Shown here piece after piece: positions 18,875 through 29,030 of a stretch of DNA of 64,000 bases. The stretch spans positions 960,001 through 1,024,000 of the forward strand of contig OY761611.1 in NCBI GenBank assembly GCA_963664875.1. The letters are read 5' to 3'. The notes under the pieces were generated by a model. It saw only the letters and a list, made by a program, of their open reading frames with translations. It had not been told where the DNA came from and did no database searches. Every line of letters starts with the position of its first letter. Position 1 is the first letter of the stretch. Origin of the DNA: Candidatus Kapaibacterium sp. GTDB taxonomy: Bacteria > Bacteroidota > Ignavibacteria > Kapaibacteriales > UBA2268. The position numbers and the translations under genes are program-made.

Positions 18875-20017
18875 TTATGCTCCAAGCAAGAAGCTTAACA
18901 AGATACCGGCAGCAACTGCTGAACCGATAACGCCGGCAACGTTAGGTGCCATAGCGTGCATCAATAAGTAGTTAGTAGAGTCGTATTCTTGTCCCATTGA
19001 GTGAACTACACGAGCACTATCAGGAACAGCAGAAACACCTGCAGCACCAATCATTGGATTCAATTTATTTCCATCTTTAAGGAACAAGTTCATTACCTTA
19101 GCAAAGACAAGTCCACCTGCAGTAGCCACCATAAATGAAGCAGCACCAAGAATAAAGATGAAAATTGACTGCGGAGTTAAAAATGTTGTTGCCTGAGTAG
19201 AAGCACCCACAGTTACACCAAGAAGAATTGTTACAGCATCAATCATCTGCTTGCTTGCAGTGTCTGCCAAACGCTTAGTAACACCTGATTCTTTAAGTAA
19301 ATTACCAAAGAAAAGCATACCAAGTAGTGGCAAAGCACCAGGAGAGATGAAACAAGTAAGAATCAAACCAAAAATTGGGAAAATTATTTTCTCAACTTTA
19401 GAAACAGCACGCGGCGGTTTCATTTTGATTTTTCTTTCTTCTTTAGTGCAAAGCAATTTAATAATTGGCGGTTGGATAACCGGTACAAGAGCCATATAGG
19501 AATATGCGGCAATTGCAATAGAACCAATCAAGTGCGGAGCCAGTTTAGAAGCAATAAAAATTGCAGTAGGACCATCAGCACCGCCAATGATACCAATAGC
19601 AGCAGCTTCGTCAACTGAGAATCCAAACATTAAGGCTGCCATAAAAGTAATAAATATACCGAGCTGAGCGGCAGCACCGAGCAACATTAGCTTAGGATTG
19701 GACAGCAAAGCAGAAAAATCTGTCATGGCACCAATACCCAAGAAAATCAATGGAGGATAAATACCTTTGGTAACCCCCATGTATAGATAGTTAAGCACAC
19801 TACCATCTTCGTAGATACCTAACTGCAGACCTATATTTTCAACAAAAGGAATATTACCAATCAATATACCAAAACCAATTGGAACCAAAAGTAATGGCTC
19901 ATAGTCTTTTACGATAGCTAATGTGATAAAAATCAGCCCGACTAAAATCATTACAATGTGACCCAAGGTCATGTTATAAAAACCGGAAAACTCCCAGAAA
20001 TGCAATAAACCTTCCAT
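18875..20017 (-). CDS. mmdB: Na+-translocating decarboxylase beta subunit (methylmalonyl-CoA/oxaloacetate type)
   Basis: YEPLLLVPIGFG, FLGIGAMTDF, GAAAQLG, IGIIGGADGPT, AYSYMALVP, GAAGVSAVP, HAMAPNVAGVIGSA. Confidence 0.93.
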   Translation of the reverse strand: MEGLLHFWEFSGFYNMTLGHIVMILVGLIFITLAIVKDYEPLLLVPIGFGILIGNIPFVENIGLQLGIYEDGSVLNYLYMGVTKGIYPPLIFLGIGAMTDFSALLSNPKLMLLGAAAQLGIFITFMAALMFGFSVDEAAAIGIIGGADGPTAIFIASKLAPHLIGSIAIAAYSYMALVPVIQPPIIKLLCTKEERKIKMKPPRAVSKVEKIIFPIFGLILTCFISPGALPLLGMLFFGNLLKESGVTKRLADTASKQMIDAVTILLGVTVGASTQATTFLTPQSIFIFILGAASFMVATAGGLVFAKVMNLFLKDGNKLNPMIGAAGVSAVPDSARVVHSMGQEYDSTNYLLMHAMAPNVAGVIGSAVAAGILLSFLLGA

Positions 20018-20023
20018 ATCTGA

Positions 20024-20458
20024 TTAGCCCCCGATTTCCATTAGCACATCGCCTTCGAGTACAGATTGCTCTAAGTTGACTTTAATAGAAGTAACTTTGC
20101 CTGCTCTATCTGCTTTGATTTCATTTTCCATTTTCATGGCTTCCATGATAAGAACAGTTTGACCAACCTGCACCTCATCGCCTTCGCGTACTTTTAGTGC
20201 CATAATAAGTCCCGGTAACGGAGCTTTAAGCTGACCGGTACCTTTTGCAGCAGCAGGGCTGCTTGTTCTTACTGGTGAATCATTAGTAGGAGGAACATTT
20301 GTTCTAACTAATTTTGGTGTTTTAGAAACTTTTTTCTCTCTGTGAATAGTAACTTCATAAGTCGTGCCATTCACTTCGAGAGTTGCAACATCATCTTCGA
20401 TATTTTGAATTTCTACATCGTAGTTATTACCACGAATTGTAAATTTATATTGCTTCAT
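20024..20458 (-). CDS. mmdC: Biotin carboxyl carrier subunit of the decarboxylase
   Basis: APLPG and biotinylation motif EAMKMENEI. Confidence 0.92.
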   Translation of the reverse strand: MKQYKFTIRGNNYDVEIQNIEDDVATLEVNGTTYEVTIHREKKVSKTPKLVRTNVPPTNDSPVRTSSPAAAKGTGQLKAPLPGLIMALKVREGDEVQVGQTVLIMEAMKMENEIKADRAGKVTSIKVNLEQSVLEGDVLMEIGG

Positions 20459-20471
20459 GTTGTAATCCCAA

Positions 20472-20909
20472 TTAATAATGACGAGGTGATCTTCTCATTG
20501 AATAAATCTTAGAACTCCAAGGGGAGTAGCGTTTTTGCACTTTTTCGATAGTAAGCACTGTACTTTCGAAATCGTGAGCTTCATCGAAATGTAGGTGTAA
20601 AGCCAATGCTATTGCAGCATTTACATCACCTGTCATTTCTATGTCTTCTCTTTTATCAGGAGCTTTCTGACCCGTAGCTTCAATCTTTTTCTTTTGTTTG
20701 TTCACCATATAATTGGTAAAAAAGCTGATACAAGCAAAAAGAATAATCAAAGCAACAAAAACTACCAAATAACCAATTATCGTAATTGAAATTGACTGTT
20801 CAGTAAAAGCAGCCGAAAAATCGAAACTGATTTTTCCTGTTTCTGAAGTTTCTGATGCTCCCGCGATGAGATATTTTATTATACTATTCTGAACTAATGA
20901 TTCAAACAT
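20472..20909 (-). CDS. mmdD: OadG/MmdD-family membrane anchor subunit
   Basis: Single TM (IGYLVVFVALIILF), AAIALALH, HDFES, SPWSSKIY; lies between mmdA and mmdC. Confidence 0.85.
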   Translation of the reverse strand: MFESLVQNSIIKYLIAGASETSETGKISFDFSAAFTEQSISITIIGYLVVFVALIILFACISFFTNYMVNKQKKKIEATGQKAPDKREDIEMTGDVNAAIALALHLHFDEAHDFESTVLTIEKVQKRYSPWSSKIYSMRRSPRHY

Positions 20910-20925
20910 CTTTTATCCCAAATTT

Positions 20926-22485
20926 TTATAACGGTAAGTTTGAATGTTTACGAGGTAAATTCAAATCCTTTTTATTAGCAAGCATCTGTAATGCACGAAT
21001 GATGCGGAAACGAGTGTTTCTTGGTTCGATAACATCATCAATGTAGCCATACTTAGCAGCAACATAAGGATTTGCAAATTTCTGCTTGTATTCTTCTTCT
21101 TTTTTCATGACAAGTTTAACTTTTTCAGTTTCGTCACTAATTTCGCTAAGTTCTCGAGATAAAAGTACTTCGATAGCACCTTTAGGTCCCATAACTGCGA
21201 TTTCTGAGTTTGGCCAAGCATAGTTAATATCGCCACGAAGGTGTTTTGAGCTCATCACGTCATAAGCACCACCATAAGCTTTACGCAAGATACAAGTTAC
21301 TTTCGGAACTGTAGCTTCGCCGTAAGCAAATAGCAATTTAGCACCATGAAGAATGATACCACCGTATTCTTGAGTTGTACCTGGTAAGAAGCCCGGAACA
21401 TCCACAAGAGTAACTAACGGAATATTGAATGCATCACAAAAACGAACAAAACGAGCAGCTTTTCTTGAAGCATTTATATCCAATACACCTGCCAGATAGT
21501 TTGGCTGGTTAGCTACGATACCGGTTGACATACCGTTAAAGCGAGCAAAACCAATAACTATGTTTTGAGCATAGTGTCTATGTACTTCTAAAAATTCAGA
21601 ATTATCAACAATTGAATGGATAATGTCTTTTACGTTGTATGGTTTGTTTGGATTATCAGGAACTATTTCATTTAGCTCATCATCCAATCTGTCGATAGGA
21701 TCGTCACATACAACTGCAGGAGCTTCTTCGAGATTGTTTGAAGGTATGTAAGATAAAAGTTTTCTGATAAGCATCAAACCTTCGTCTTCATTTTCAGCTA
21801 CAAAGTGAGTTACACCTGATTTTGTAGCGTGAACCATAGCTCCACCAAGCTCTTCTGAAGTAACAGTTTCATTTGTTACAGTTTTTACTACTTTAGGACC
21901 TGTTACGAACATATAAGATGTTTCTTTGGTCATTATGATAAAATCTGTAAGTGCAGGAGAATAAACAGCACCACCGGCACAAGGGCCAAAAATTGCAGAA
22001 ATCTGTGGAACAACGCCAGAAGCATTGATATTTCTTTGGAAAATATCAGCGTAACCACCCAATGATTTTACACCTTCTTGAATACGAGCACCACCACTAT
22101 CGTTGATACCGATAACAGGAGCACCTACTTTCAATGCCTGATCCATTACTTTACAGATTTTTTGAGCAAACATCTCAGATAGAGAGCCGCCAAATACTGT
22201 AAAATCCTGAGAGAATAAATAAACCAAGCGTCCGTCAATTGTACCGTAACCTGTTACTACACCATCTGACAAATAGCTTTCTTTGTCTAAGCCAAAGTCA
22301 ACAGTACGGTGGCAAACGAACATGTCAAATTCTTCGAAAGAACCTTCGTCAAGAAGCATATCGATTCTTTCGCGGGCAGTGTATTTGCCTTTTTTGTGTT
22401 GAGATTCTATTCTTTTAATCCCACCACCAAGACGCGCTTTCTCACGCATCTCCATCAATTCTTTAATCTTATCTTGTATTGCCAT
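20926..22485 (-). CDS. mmdA: Methylmalonyl-CoA decarboxylase alpha / acyl-CoA carboxyltransferase subunit
   Basis: [63 protein letters not shown]. Confidence 0.92.
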   Translation of the reverse strand: MAIQDKIKELMEMREKARLGGGIKRIESQHKKGKYTARERIDMLLDEGSFEEFDMFVCHRTVDFGLDKESYLSDGVVTGYGTIDGRLVYLFSQDFTVFGGSLSEMFAQKICKVMDQALKVGAPVIGINDSGGARIQEGVKSLGGYADIFQRNINASGVVPQISAIFGPCAGGAVYSPALTDFIIMTKETSYMFVTGPKVVKTVTNETVTSEELGGAMVHATKSGVTHFVAENEDEGLMLIRKLLSYIPSNNLEEAPAVVCDDPIDRLDDELNEIVPDNPNKPYNVKDIIHSIVDNSEFLEVHRHYAQNIVIGFARFNGMSTGIVANQPNYLAGVLDINASRKAARFVRFCDAFNIPLVTLVDVPGFLPGTTQEYGGIILHGAKLLFAYGEATVPKVTCILRKAYGGAYDVMSSKHLRGDINYAWPNSEIAVMGPKGAIEVLLSRELSEISDETEKVKLVMKKEEEYKQKFANPYVAAKYGYIDDVIEPRNTRFRIIRALQMLANKKDLNLPRKHSNLPL

Positions 22486-22541
22486 TTCCTCTCCTCAAGA
22501 GAAATATATTAAAAAGGGATTTCCTATTAGAATATTCGTTG

Positions 22542-22549
22542 CAAATTTA
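22542..22549 (-). promoter_or_regulatory. Bacteroidetes-type -7 element (TAAATTTG) upstream of mmdA
   Basis: Exact TAnnTTTG followed by CAAC. Confidence 0.5.
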
Positions 22550-22813
22550 CCAATCAAAAGTTACAAATAATAACCTAATTGGATTTTATTATGCACTTTT
22601 GAGTGAAAAAAGCCCCTATTATTGCGATTTAATATTTATGCAACTAACTGTTCAATTACACTTGAAGTGCCATTAACCCGTTATACCCTTAAAGTTTATA
22701 GTTTCGCATTGCCAAAGATTTCTATTATAATCTACAATATATTCTATTTATAGGTTAATGCAATACTATTATTTTTAAATAAAACATGTAAAGTTAATAC
22801 ATTGGGTAATTAT

Positions 22814-23296
22814 ATGACTAAATCGCGTTTACACGATATTCTATTAATTAGTGGGGTTATCTTGCTTACTTCTATCATGGGACTAATCGGCTATTCGCAG
22901 ACGAAAGATTTGCAGAACAACACGACTCCTATATTAGAAGCAGATTTATTTATGCCTTATGCGGAGCTTATCAAAGAAGGAAAGTATGATGAAGCTTACA
23001 ACACTTATCTTTCTGATTCTTATAAGTCAAAATTCGATTTAAAATCTTATACTGAATCACAAAAGCTAAATATTGAGAAATATGGAAAACTGGTCTCTTT
23101 AAAGCCGCTATCCGGTATATTCATTACCGAGCAGTCAAAAGGTAAATGGATTTATAAAGGTACTCTTGTTTACAAAGGAGAAAGGGCAACTCAAAGAATA
23201 ACAGCATCAATTGAAATTGAAAACGGTAAATATAAATTTTTCCGTACTTACCCCTCTACTGTTACAATGAGAGACAACGTGCCTCTAGTCTATTAA
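22814..23296 (+). CDS. Hypothetical membrane-anchored periplasmic protein (possibly DUF4019/NTF2-like)
   Basis: N-terminal TM, then LIKEGKYDEAY..LS..YK...KYGKLVS pattern seen in DUF4019-like proteins. Confidence 0.6.
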   Translation: MTKSRLHDILLISGVILLTSIMGLIGYSQTKDLQNNTTPILEADLFMPYAELIKEGKYDEAYNTYLSDSYKSKFDLKSYTESQKLNIEKYGKLVSLKPLSGIFITEQSKGKWIYKGTLVYKGERATQRITASIEIENGKYKFFRTYPSTVTMRDNVPLVY

Positions 23297-23305
23297 AAAT
23301 GGAGT

Positions 23306-23358
23306 AAAAAAAAAAGCTACTGACAATACATCCTAAGTTATGGACAGTAGCTTTTTTT
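23306..23358. terminator. Bidirectional terminator
   Basis: A10-GCTACTG...CAGTAGC-T7 between convergent genes. Confidence 0.75.
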
Positions 23359-23382
23359 ACTATATTTTTTTTATTTTGTTGT

Positions 23383-23883
23383 TTATTCGTCTTCGTCAGG
23401 TTTATCAAAACGATCTCCCCTGCCACCTCTGTGCTTTTTCATTAGCAATTTGTGTACTTGCTTTTCGAATCTAAATTCAAACAAGATTAGCTTAGCGTAT
23501 TGCTTTGGAGTTAGCAGTTTTTGAGCTTCAGACATAAAAGTCTTACGAGCTTTATGCATTTCTTCCATTTTACTTTCGATTTTCTTGACTACTTCTCCGA
23601 TTTCTGATTCACCAGCATCTTTTTTGATAAGTTTATTAAGCTGAGAATTCAGTTCATCGATTTCGTCTCTTGTCTTTGCCATGTCTTTTTCTAAGGCTGT
23701 AAATTTTACAAGAAACTTATCTGCAGTCTGCTCATCCATATCAAGAGTTTCCAAAAGTTTGATTTTTTTGAGTTGTAAAAATCTTTCTTTGGAATTTAGT
23801 GCCATATCCTGAGCATTAGAACTAAAAGAGAAGCACATAAGTATAATTATAGCAATAGGGACTAATTTAAAAATCGATTTCAT
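23383..23883 (-). CDS. Spy/CpxP-like periplasmic protein
   Basis: Signal peptide, coiled-coil helices, LLTPKQ motif; third gene of the ECF operon. Confidence 0.75.
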   Translation of the reverse strand: MKSIFKLVPIAIIILMCFSFSSNAQDMALNSKERFLQLKKIKLLETLDMDEQTADKFLVKFTALEKDMAKTRDEIDELNSQLNKLIKKDAGESEIGEVVKKIESKMEEMHKARKTFMSEAQKLLTPKQYAKLILFEFRFEKQVHKLLMKKHRGGRGDRFDKPDEDE

Positions 23884-24562
23884 TTTCCAAATCCTCTATT
23901 ATAGATTGAAATTCGTTTTCACTAAGCATAGATAAATCATCTTCGATAGCAGAGTAATTACCAACAGAATTTAGTAAAACATTAGTATTTGTTTCGGCTA
24001 TAGCAGCTGCAAAAGCATTTTCCAAATATTCAGTAAGTGATGCATCTTCATTTTCAACTATAGTCTCACTTTCGGTTACAGCTTCATAGATAGGCTCTAG
24101 GTTGCCGGAATCAGAAATTGCAAGCAAATCTGAATATTGTACAAATTCTATAGGTTCAGTCAAATGCTGTTCAGTTGCTATCGAATCAATTTTTGCAACG
24201 TTAGGCATCATAAACTTTTTACCCATAGGAGTAAACATTAGAAAAGCAACTATCGCCAAAGACATAGAAGGAGCAAGATACCTCATAAAAAATCTTGTCC
24301 GCTTTTGTCTTTCTGTCATTTCTAACTGTCTTCTTTGGTTGACTTTAACAGAAAGATTTCTTGTTTTTGCAGCAATTTTTCTATCAAATTCCATTTTGTC
24401 AAATCTGTCAAAAACTCCTCGCGCTTCATTAACCTCTTCTATCAGGTCAGGAAAGTTTGTGTAATTTTCCTCGAAATAATGTTTTTGCTCAGCTGTCAGA
24501 TTATCAAAAATATAATCCGGCATCATACCCTGCAATTCTTTATGTAGATTTTGGTTAGTCAT
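23867..24562 (-). CDS. Putative single-TM anti-sigma factor
   Basis: Abuts the ECF sigma stop; N-terminal ASD-like PDYIFDNLTAEQKHYFEE without Zn cysteines; one TM; acidic periplasmic tail. Confidence 0.7.
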   Translation of the reverse strand: MTNQNLHKELQGMMPDYIFDNLTAEQKHYFEENYTNFPDLIEEVNEARGVFDRFDKMEFDRKIAAKTRNLSVKVNQRRQLEMTERQKRTRFFMRYLAPSMSLAIVAFLMFTPMGKKFMMPNVAKIDSIATEQHLTEPIEFVQYSDLLAISDSGNLEPIYEAVTESETIVENEDASLTEYLENAFAAAIAETNTNVLLNSVGNYSAIEDDLSMLSENEFQSIIEDLENEIDF

Positions 24563-25138
24563 TTATATTTCCTCCTTAGCAAAGAAAGCTGAGAGTTTTT
24601 TTACAGCCTGATGGTAATTTGCTTTTAAACCACCAACACTCGTGCCAAGTACGTTTGATATTTCTTCGTAACTCATTTCATCAAAATATCTTAAAGCAAA
24701 AGTTTCGCGTTGTTTTTTTGGTAAATCAGATAAGGCATCAAGGAATCTTTCTTCAAACTCTTTTATCTGAATATCTCTATCGGGTAAATGTTTTTCCAAA
24801 GGAATATCTCTAGGGTCGTTGTCATCAAAGATTTTGAAGATAGAGCGTACTTTCTTTTTTCGTTGAATATTGAGGCAGACATTAACTGTAATCCGATACA
24901 GCCAGGTTTTTACCCCTGCTTCAGCTTTGAATTTATGTAGATTGCCAAGTGCTCTTATAAAAGCTTCCTGAGCGGCATCGTCTGCATCGTCATGGTTATT
25001 AAGATACCTATAGGCTGTAGCATATACAAAACTCTGGTACTTACGTACAAAAGCAGTAGCTGCTCTATCGCTATTGGATTCGCAGTAATCTTTTATGATA
25101 TCAGCATCAGTGTTGTATGACAAAGCCAAATCTCTCAT
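24563..25138 (-). CDS. ECF-family RNA polymerase sigma factor
   Basis: Region 2 DADDAAQEAF...F...TWLYRITVN; region 4 LPKKQRETFALRYFDEMSYEEIS..LGTSVGGLKANYHQA. ATG 25138 has an SD; the longer ORF-track start overlaps the greA terminator. Confidence 0.93.
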   Translation of the reverse strand: MRDLALSYNTDADIIKDYCESNSDRAATAFVRKYQSFVYATAYRYLNNHDDADDAAQEAFIRALGNLHKFKAEAGVKTWLYRITVNVCLNIQRKKKVRSIFKIFDDNDPRDIPLEKHLPDRDIQIKEFEERFLDALSDLPKKQRETFALRYFDEMSYEEISNVLGTSVGGLKANYHQAVKKLSAFFAKEEI

Positions 25139-25168
25139 AACCTTTCTCCATTTCTCTTTTGAGTATTG

Positions 25169-25194
25169 GACACTTCGATATGCCAAAAGGTTTA
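25169..25194 (-). promoter_or_regulatory. Candidate ECF autoregulatory promoter (TAAACC-N16-TGTC)
   Basis: AAC-containing -35 and GTC -10 at ECF-typical spacing, about 30 bp upstream of the sigma ATG. Confidence 0.55.
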
Positions 25195-25216
25195 AAAGAA
25201 AAATGGAAAATCTTAT

Positions 25217-25246
25217 AAAAAAAACGCCCACCAACAGATGGACGTT
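25217..25246 (-). terminator. Terminator after greA
   Basis: AACGCCCA...TGGACGTT stem (one G-U on the minus strand) followed by T8. Confidence 0.6.
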
Positions 25247-25257
25247 AAAAATATAAT

Positions 25258-25731
25258 TTATTTGCCAATGCTAATAATTTCGTATTGAGTAATACCTGCC
25301 GGCACAACGACCTCAGCTATCTGACCAAGTTCCTTGCCCATCAGAGCTTTGCCCAAAGGAGAAGAAACAGCAATTTTGTTTTGTTCAAAGTCAGCTTCTT
25401 CTGCACTTACAAGTTGGTATAGGAATTCTTCGTCAGTTACTACATTTTTGAGTGTAACTTTCGAAAGTATATATATTTTATCATCAGGGAACTCATCTGC
25501 TTTAATAACCTGAGCTTTGGACAAAATCTGTGATAGCTTAGCTATTTTCATTTCTAAAAGACCTTGTTCGTCTTTTGCAGCATCATAATCTGCATTTTCA
25601 GATAAATCGCCGTGAGAGCGAGCTTCAGCAATTTTTTGAGCTACTTCTCTTCTGCCGCGACCTTTCAAATCATTCAATTCTTCTTCTATTTCTCTAATTC
25701 TTTCTTTCGTCATGTAAATAATTTCAGACAT
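25258..25731 (-). CDS. greA: Transcription elongation factor GreA
   Basis: ARSHGDLSENADYDAAK, SPLGKALMGK. Confidence 0.96.
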   Translation of the reverse strand: MSEIIYMTKERIREIEEELNDLKGRGRREVAQKIAEARSHGDLSENADYDAAKDEQGLLEMKIAKLSQILSKAQVIKADEFPDDKIYILSKVTLKNVVTDEEFLYQLVSAEEADFEQNKIAVSSPLGKALMGKELGQIAEVVVPAGITQYEIISIGK

Positions 25732-25770
25732 AACATTTACCCTTTATTGTTTAATTTCAGTAATTCTTTT

Positions 25771-26970
25771 TTACAGATTAGACAGTAAGTGTCCCATCTT
25801 AGATTTTTTCGTTTCTAAATAGTGATGATTGCAGGAATTTGGTTCTATTTCTACAGGGACTCGCTCTGTTACATTCAAGCCATACGATTCCAATCCGACA
25901 CGTTTTTTAGGATTGTTTGTCATCAGACGCATTTTTTTAACTCCCAAATTCATGAGAATCTGTGCGCCAATACCATAATCTCTTGCATCAGCAACAAATC
26001 CGAGTTCGAGATTAGCTTCTACTGTGTCAAATCCTTTTTCCTGAAGAGCGTAAGCTTTGACTTTGTTAATGAGTCCGATACCTCTGCCCTCTTGCCTCAT
26101 ATAGAGCAATACACCTCTACCCTCTTTTTCAATCTGTCTTAGTGCAGCATGGAGCTGAGAGCCACAGTCGCATCGAAGAGAACCGAACACATCACCGGTG
26201 AGACATTCTGAGTGAACTCTTACAAGTATGTTATCTTCTTCGGTCCATTCTCCTTTGACGATAGCAACATGCTCTTTGCCGTCAACCACATTTTCGTAAA
26301 CTTTGATTTTGAAGTGCCCATATTCAGTAGGTGCATCAGCTTCTGCAACACATTTTACCAAAGATTCTTTTCTTAGTCTATATGCTATCAAATCTTTTAC
26401 AGTTATCACTTTCAAATCATGTTTTTTTGCGAATTCGATTAGCTCAGGCATTCTTGCCATTTGACCATCTTCGCTGATTATTTCGCACAAAACACCACAT
26501 GGTTTTAACCCGGCAAGTCTCATCAAATCTACAGTTGCTTCTGTGTGCCCTGCTCTTCGAAGCACTCCTTCTTCTACTGCAATCAAAGGGAAAATATGCC
26601 CGGGACGCAACAAATCTTCCGGTTTAGTATCTTTATTTGCAATTGCTCTAATGGTCGCAGCGCGGTCATTGGCAGAGATTCCTGTAGTAGTGCCGTATGC
26701 ATAATCTACTGACACGGTAAATTTAGTTTCGTGCAAAGCAGAATTATCTCTGACCATTATGTCAAGATTAAGCTCTTTAGCTCTCTCAGGAGTTATAGAA
26801 ACGCAAATTAGACCCTTGCCTTTGGAAGACATAAAATTGACAGTTTGCGGAGTTATAAGCTCTGCAGCACATATCAGATCACCTTCGTTTTCTCTGTCTT
26901 CGTCATCCATTACGACAATCATCTTGCCGGATACAAGATCCTGCAAGGCTTCTTCAATTGTATTTATCAT
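25771..26970 (-). CDS. ribBA: Bifunctional DHBP synthase / GTP cyclohydrolase II
   Basis: [65 protein letters not shown]. Confidence 0.97.
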   Translation of the reverse strand: MINTIEEALQDLVSGKMIVVMDDEDRENEGDLICAAELITPQTVNFMSSKGKGLICVSITPERAKELNLDIMVRDNSALHETKFTVSVDYAYGTTTGISANDRAATIRAIANKDTKPEDLLRPGHIFPLIAVEEGVLRRAGHTEATVDLMRLAGLKPCGVLCEIISEDGQMARMPELIEFAKKHDLKVITVKDLIAYRLRKESLVKCVAEADAPTEYGHFKIKVYENVVDGKEHVAIVKGEWTEEDNILVRVHSECLTGDVFGSLRCDCGSQLHAALRQIEKEGRGVLLYMRQEGRGIGLINKVKAYALQEKGFDTVEANLELGFVADARDYGIGAQILMNLGVKKMRLMTNNPKKRVGLESYGLNVTERVPVEIEPNSCNHHYLETKKSKMGHLLSNL

Positions 26971-27011
26971 TTCCGTTCTCGGTTAGATTATTACTACCCT
27001 ATATAATAAAC

Positions 27012-27044
27012 AAATCTTTCACCGAGAAAAGCGGTGAAAGATTT
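27012..27044 (-). terminator. Terminator/stem-loop after yajC
   Basis: Perfect 13-bp stem AAATCTTTCACCG / CGGTGAAAGATTT. Confidence 0.7.
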
Positions 27045-27105
27045 ATAGTCATCTCTATTTTGAACTACGCTGTTAAGTTACAAAATTTTTTGTTAATAAA
27101 AAAAA

Positions 27106-27414
27106 TTATGACTTATTAGCGATAGCAACTTTTTCAAATCTGATTTTTACATTATCTGCAACTTCGACCAAAACAGTTTTTTCGTCCACTTCGACTACTT
27201 TACCGTGCATACCTGCAGAAGTAACTACCTGATCGCCTTTTTTGATGGCATTCAACATAGACTGATGCTCTTTCTGACGTTTTTGCTGAGGTCTTATCAT
27301 CATAAAATACATAATAAGTATTACACCACCAAACATAATGAGTGTACCCATCATACCACCACCTTGTTCGCCTCCTTGAGGTGCTGCCATACCAAGTAAA
27401 TGTAAGAAATCCAT
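27106..27414 (-). CDS. yajC: Preprotein translocase subunit YajC
   Basis: YFMMIRPQQKRQK, KGDQVVTSAG; downstream of tgt. Confidence 0.96.
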   Translation of the reverse strand: MDFLHLLGMAAPQGGEQGGGMMGTLIMFGGVILIMYFMMIRPQQKRQKEHQSMLNAIKKGDQVVTSAGMHGKVVEVDEKTVLVEVADNVKIRFEKVAIANKS

Positions 27415-27431
27415 TTGTAATCTCCTCTATA

Positions 27432-28565
27432 TTACATGTTAGAATTAAACTTTTCAAGCATATCTTTCTTCCATTGCACAAAATCTCCGGCAGCTATATG
27501 CTCTCTTGCACTTTTGACCAACCAGAGATAAAAAGCTATATTATGCATAGAAGCTAACTGCAAAGCAAGTATTTCATTAGCAACAAACAAATGTCGTAAG
27601 TAGCCAAGTGAAAAATTGTTGCTTGCGTACGAATCTATATTTTTGTCTATGACTTCATCAGAAAGTTTATATTTTGCATTTTTGATATTGATTTTGCCAT
27701 GCGTAGTAAAAAGTTGACCGTTTCTTGCATTTCTTGTTGGCATTACGCAGTCAAACATATCAATACCTCGTTCGATTCCTTCCAAAATATTTTCCGGAGT
27801 GCCCACTCCCATTAAATATCTTGGTTTATCAGCAGGTAATATATCAGTGCAAACATCTGTCAGCTCATACATTACTTCAGCCGGTTCGCCTACAGAAAGT
27901 CCACCAATTGCATAACCGTCAAAGTCTATATCTAACATTTGAGTAGTGTATTGCTTTCTCAAATCAGCATACATTCCACCTTGACCAATTCCAAATAGGA
28001 ACTGTTTATGTCCATATTTTGGTTCGGTTCTATCAAATTCTTTTTTGCACCTGTCTGCCCAACGCATTGACATCTGCATAGATTTAATCACATAAGACTC
28101 ATCCGCAGGATAAGGGGCACATTCGTCCAAAACCATCACAATGTCTGAACCTAGTGATTTTTGTATCCCTACTACGCTCTCAGGCGAAAAAAAGTGCTTA
28201 GAACCATTTATATGAGAACGAAACTCTGCACCTTGCTCAGTAATTTTTCTAAGTTCTTTGAGAGAAAATATTTGATAACCTCCACTATCGGTTAGTATAG
28301 GCCTATCCCAACCCATGAATTTATGCAAACCACCAAAATGTTCCATTATCTCAGTGCCGGGGCGTAAATACAAGTGGTATGTATTGCCAAGAATTATTTT
28401 TGCATCTAATTCATAAAGCTCTCTTTGTTGCAATGCCTTAACAGAACCCTGAGTTCCAACCGGCATAAAAATAGGAGTAGGTATCTCGCCATGGTCGGTA
28501 AATAACTTTCCCAATCTCGCTTTACTGTTTGTATCAGTCTTTTCTAACTTAAAAAAATTACTCAT
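27432..28565 (-). CDS. tgt: Queuine tRNA-ribosyltransferase
   Basis: TPIFMPVGT, GNTYHL, TDSGGYQ, GGLSVGE, RYLMGVG, DMFDCVMPTRNARNG. Confidence 0.97.
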   Translation of the reverse strand: MSNFFKLEKTDTNSKARLGKLFTDHGEIPTPIFMPVGTQGSVKALQQRELYELDAKIILGNTYHLYLRPGTEIMEHFGGLHKFMGWDRPILTDSGGYQIFSLKELRKITEQGAEFRSHINGSKHFFSPESVVGIQKSLGSDIVMVLDECAPYPADESYVIKSMQMSMRWADRCKKEFDRTEPKYGHKQFLFGIGQGGMYADLRKQYTTQMLDIDFDGYAIGGLSVGEPAEVMYELTDVCTDILPADKPRYLMGVGTPENILEGIERGIDMFDCVMPTRNARNGQLFTTHGKINIKNAKYKLSDEVIDKNIDSYASNNFSLGYLRHLFVANEILALQLASMHNIAFYLWLVKSAREHIAAGDFVQWKKDMLEKFNSNM

Positions 28566-28953
28566 CAGCTCTTTCTTTTTTAAAAATCTGTTCGATACGT
28601 CTATATAATAGCAATGATGTCAAAGCACCCACAAGGTCAGCTAAGACATCGAATACATCTGCATCTCTTCCGGGGACAAAACTTTGGTGTATTTCATCAC
28701 TTACCGCAAACAGAGCACTTAACAAAATTACGATAAATATTTGATATTTTTTATTTTTTTTAGTTGCATTAGGTATAACCGCTATCTGCATCAATACTCC
28801 ATATCCGAAATAAGCTCCAAAATGCAAAAGTTTGTCCCAACTTAATATTCCCATCTCAGGGAAGGGTATCTGTGGCTGATTTGACAGATAGAATATTAGG
28901 GCAGAGTATGACAGTATCGGGAAGAGAGATATATAATTAACTTTTTTAAGCAT
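28558..28953 (-). CDS. VanZ-family membrane protein
   Basis: DKLLHFGAY, DEIHQSFVPGR, DVLADLVG. Confidence 0.88.
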   Translation of the reverse strand: MLKKVNYISLFPILSYSALIFYLSNQPQIPFPEMGILSWDKLLHFGAYFGYGVLMQIAVIPNATKKNKKYQIFIVILLSALFAVSDEIHQSFVPGRDADVFDVLADLVGALTSLLLYRRIEQIFKKERADE

Positions 28954-29030
28954 ACTTTATGAAATTTATATTGTTTTCTAAATATTTACTTCTTATTTTG
29001 ACAACTTTATTGACAAAACTATAGATTCTT

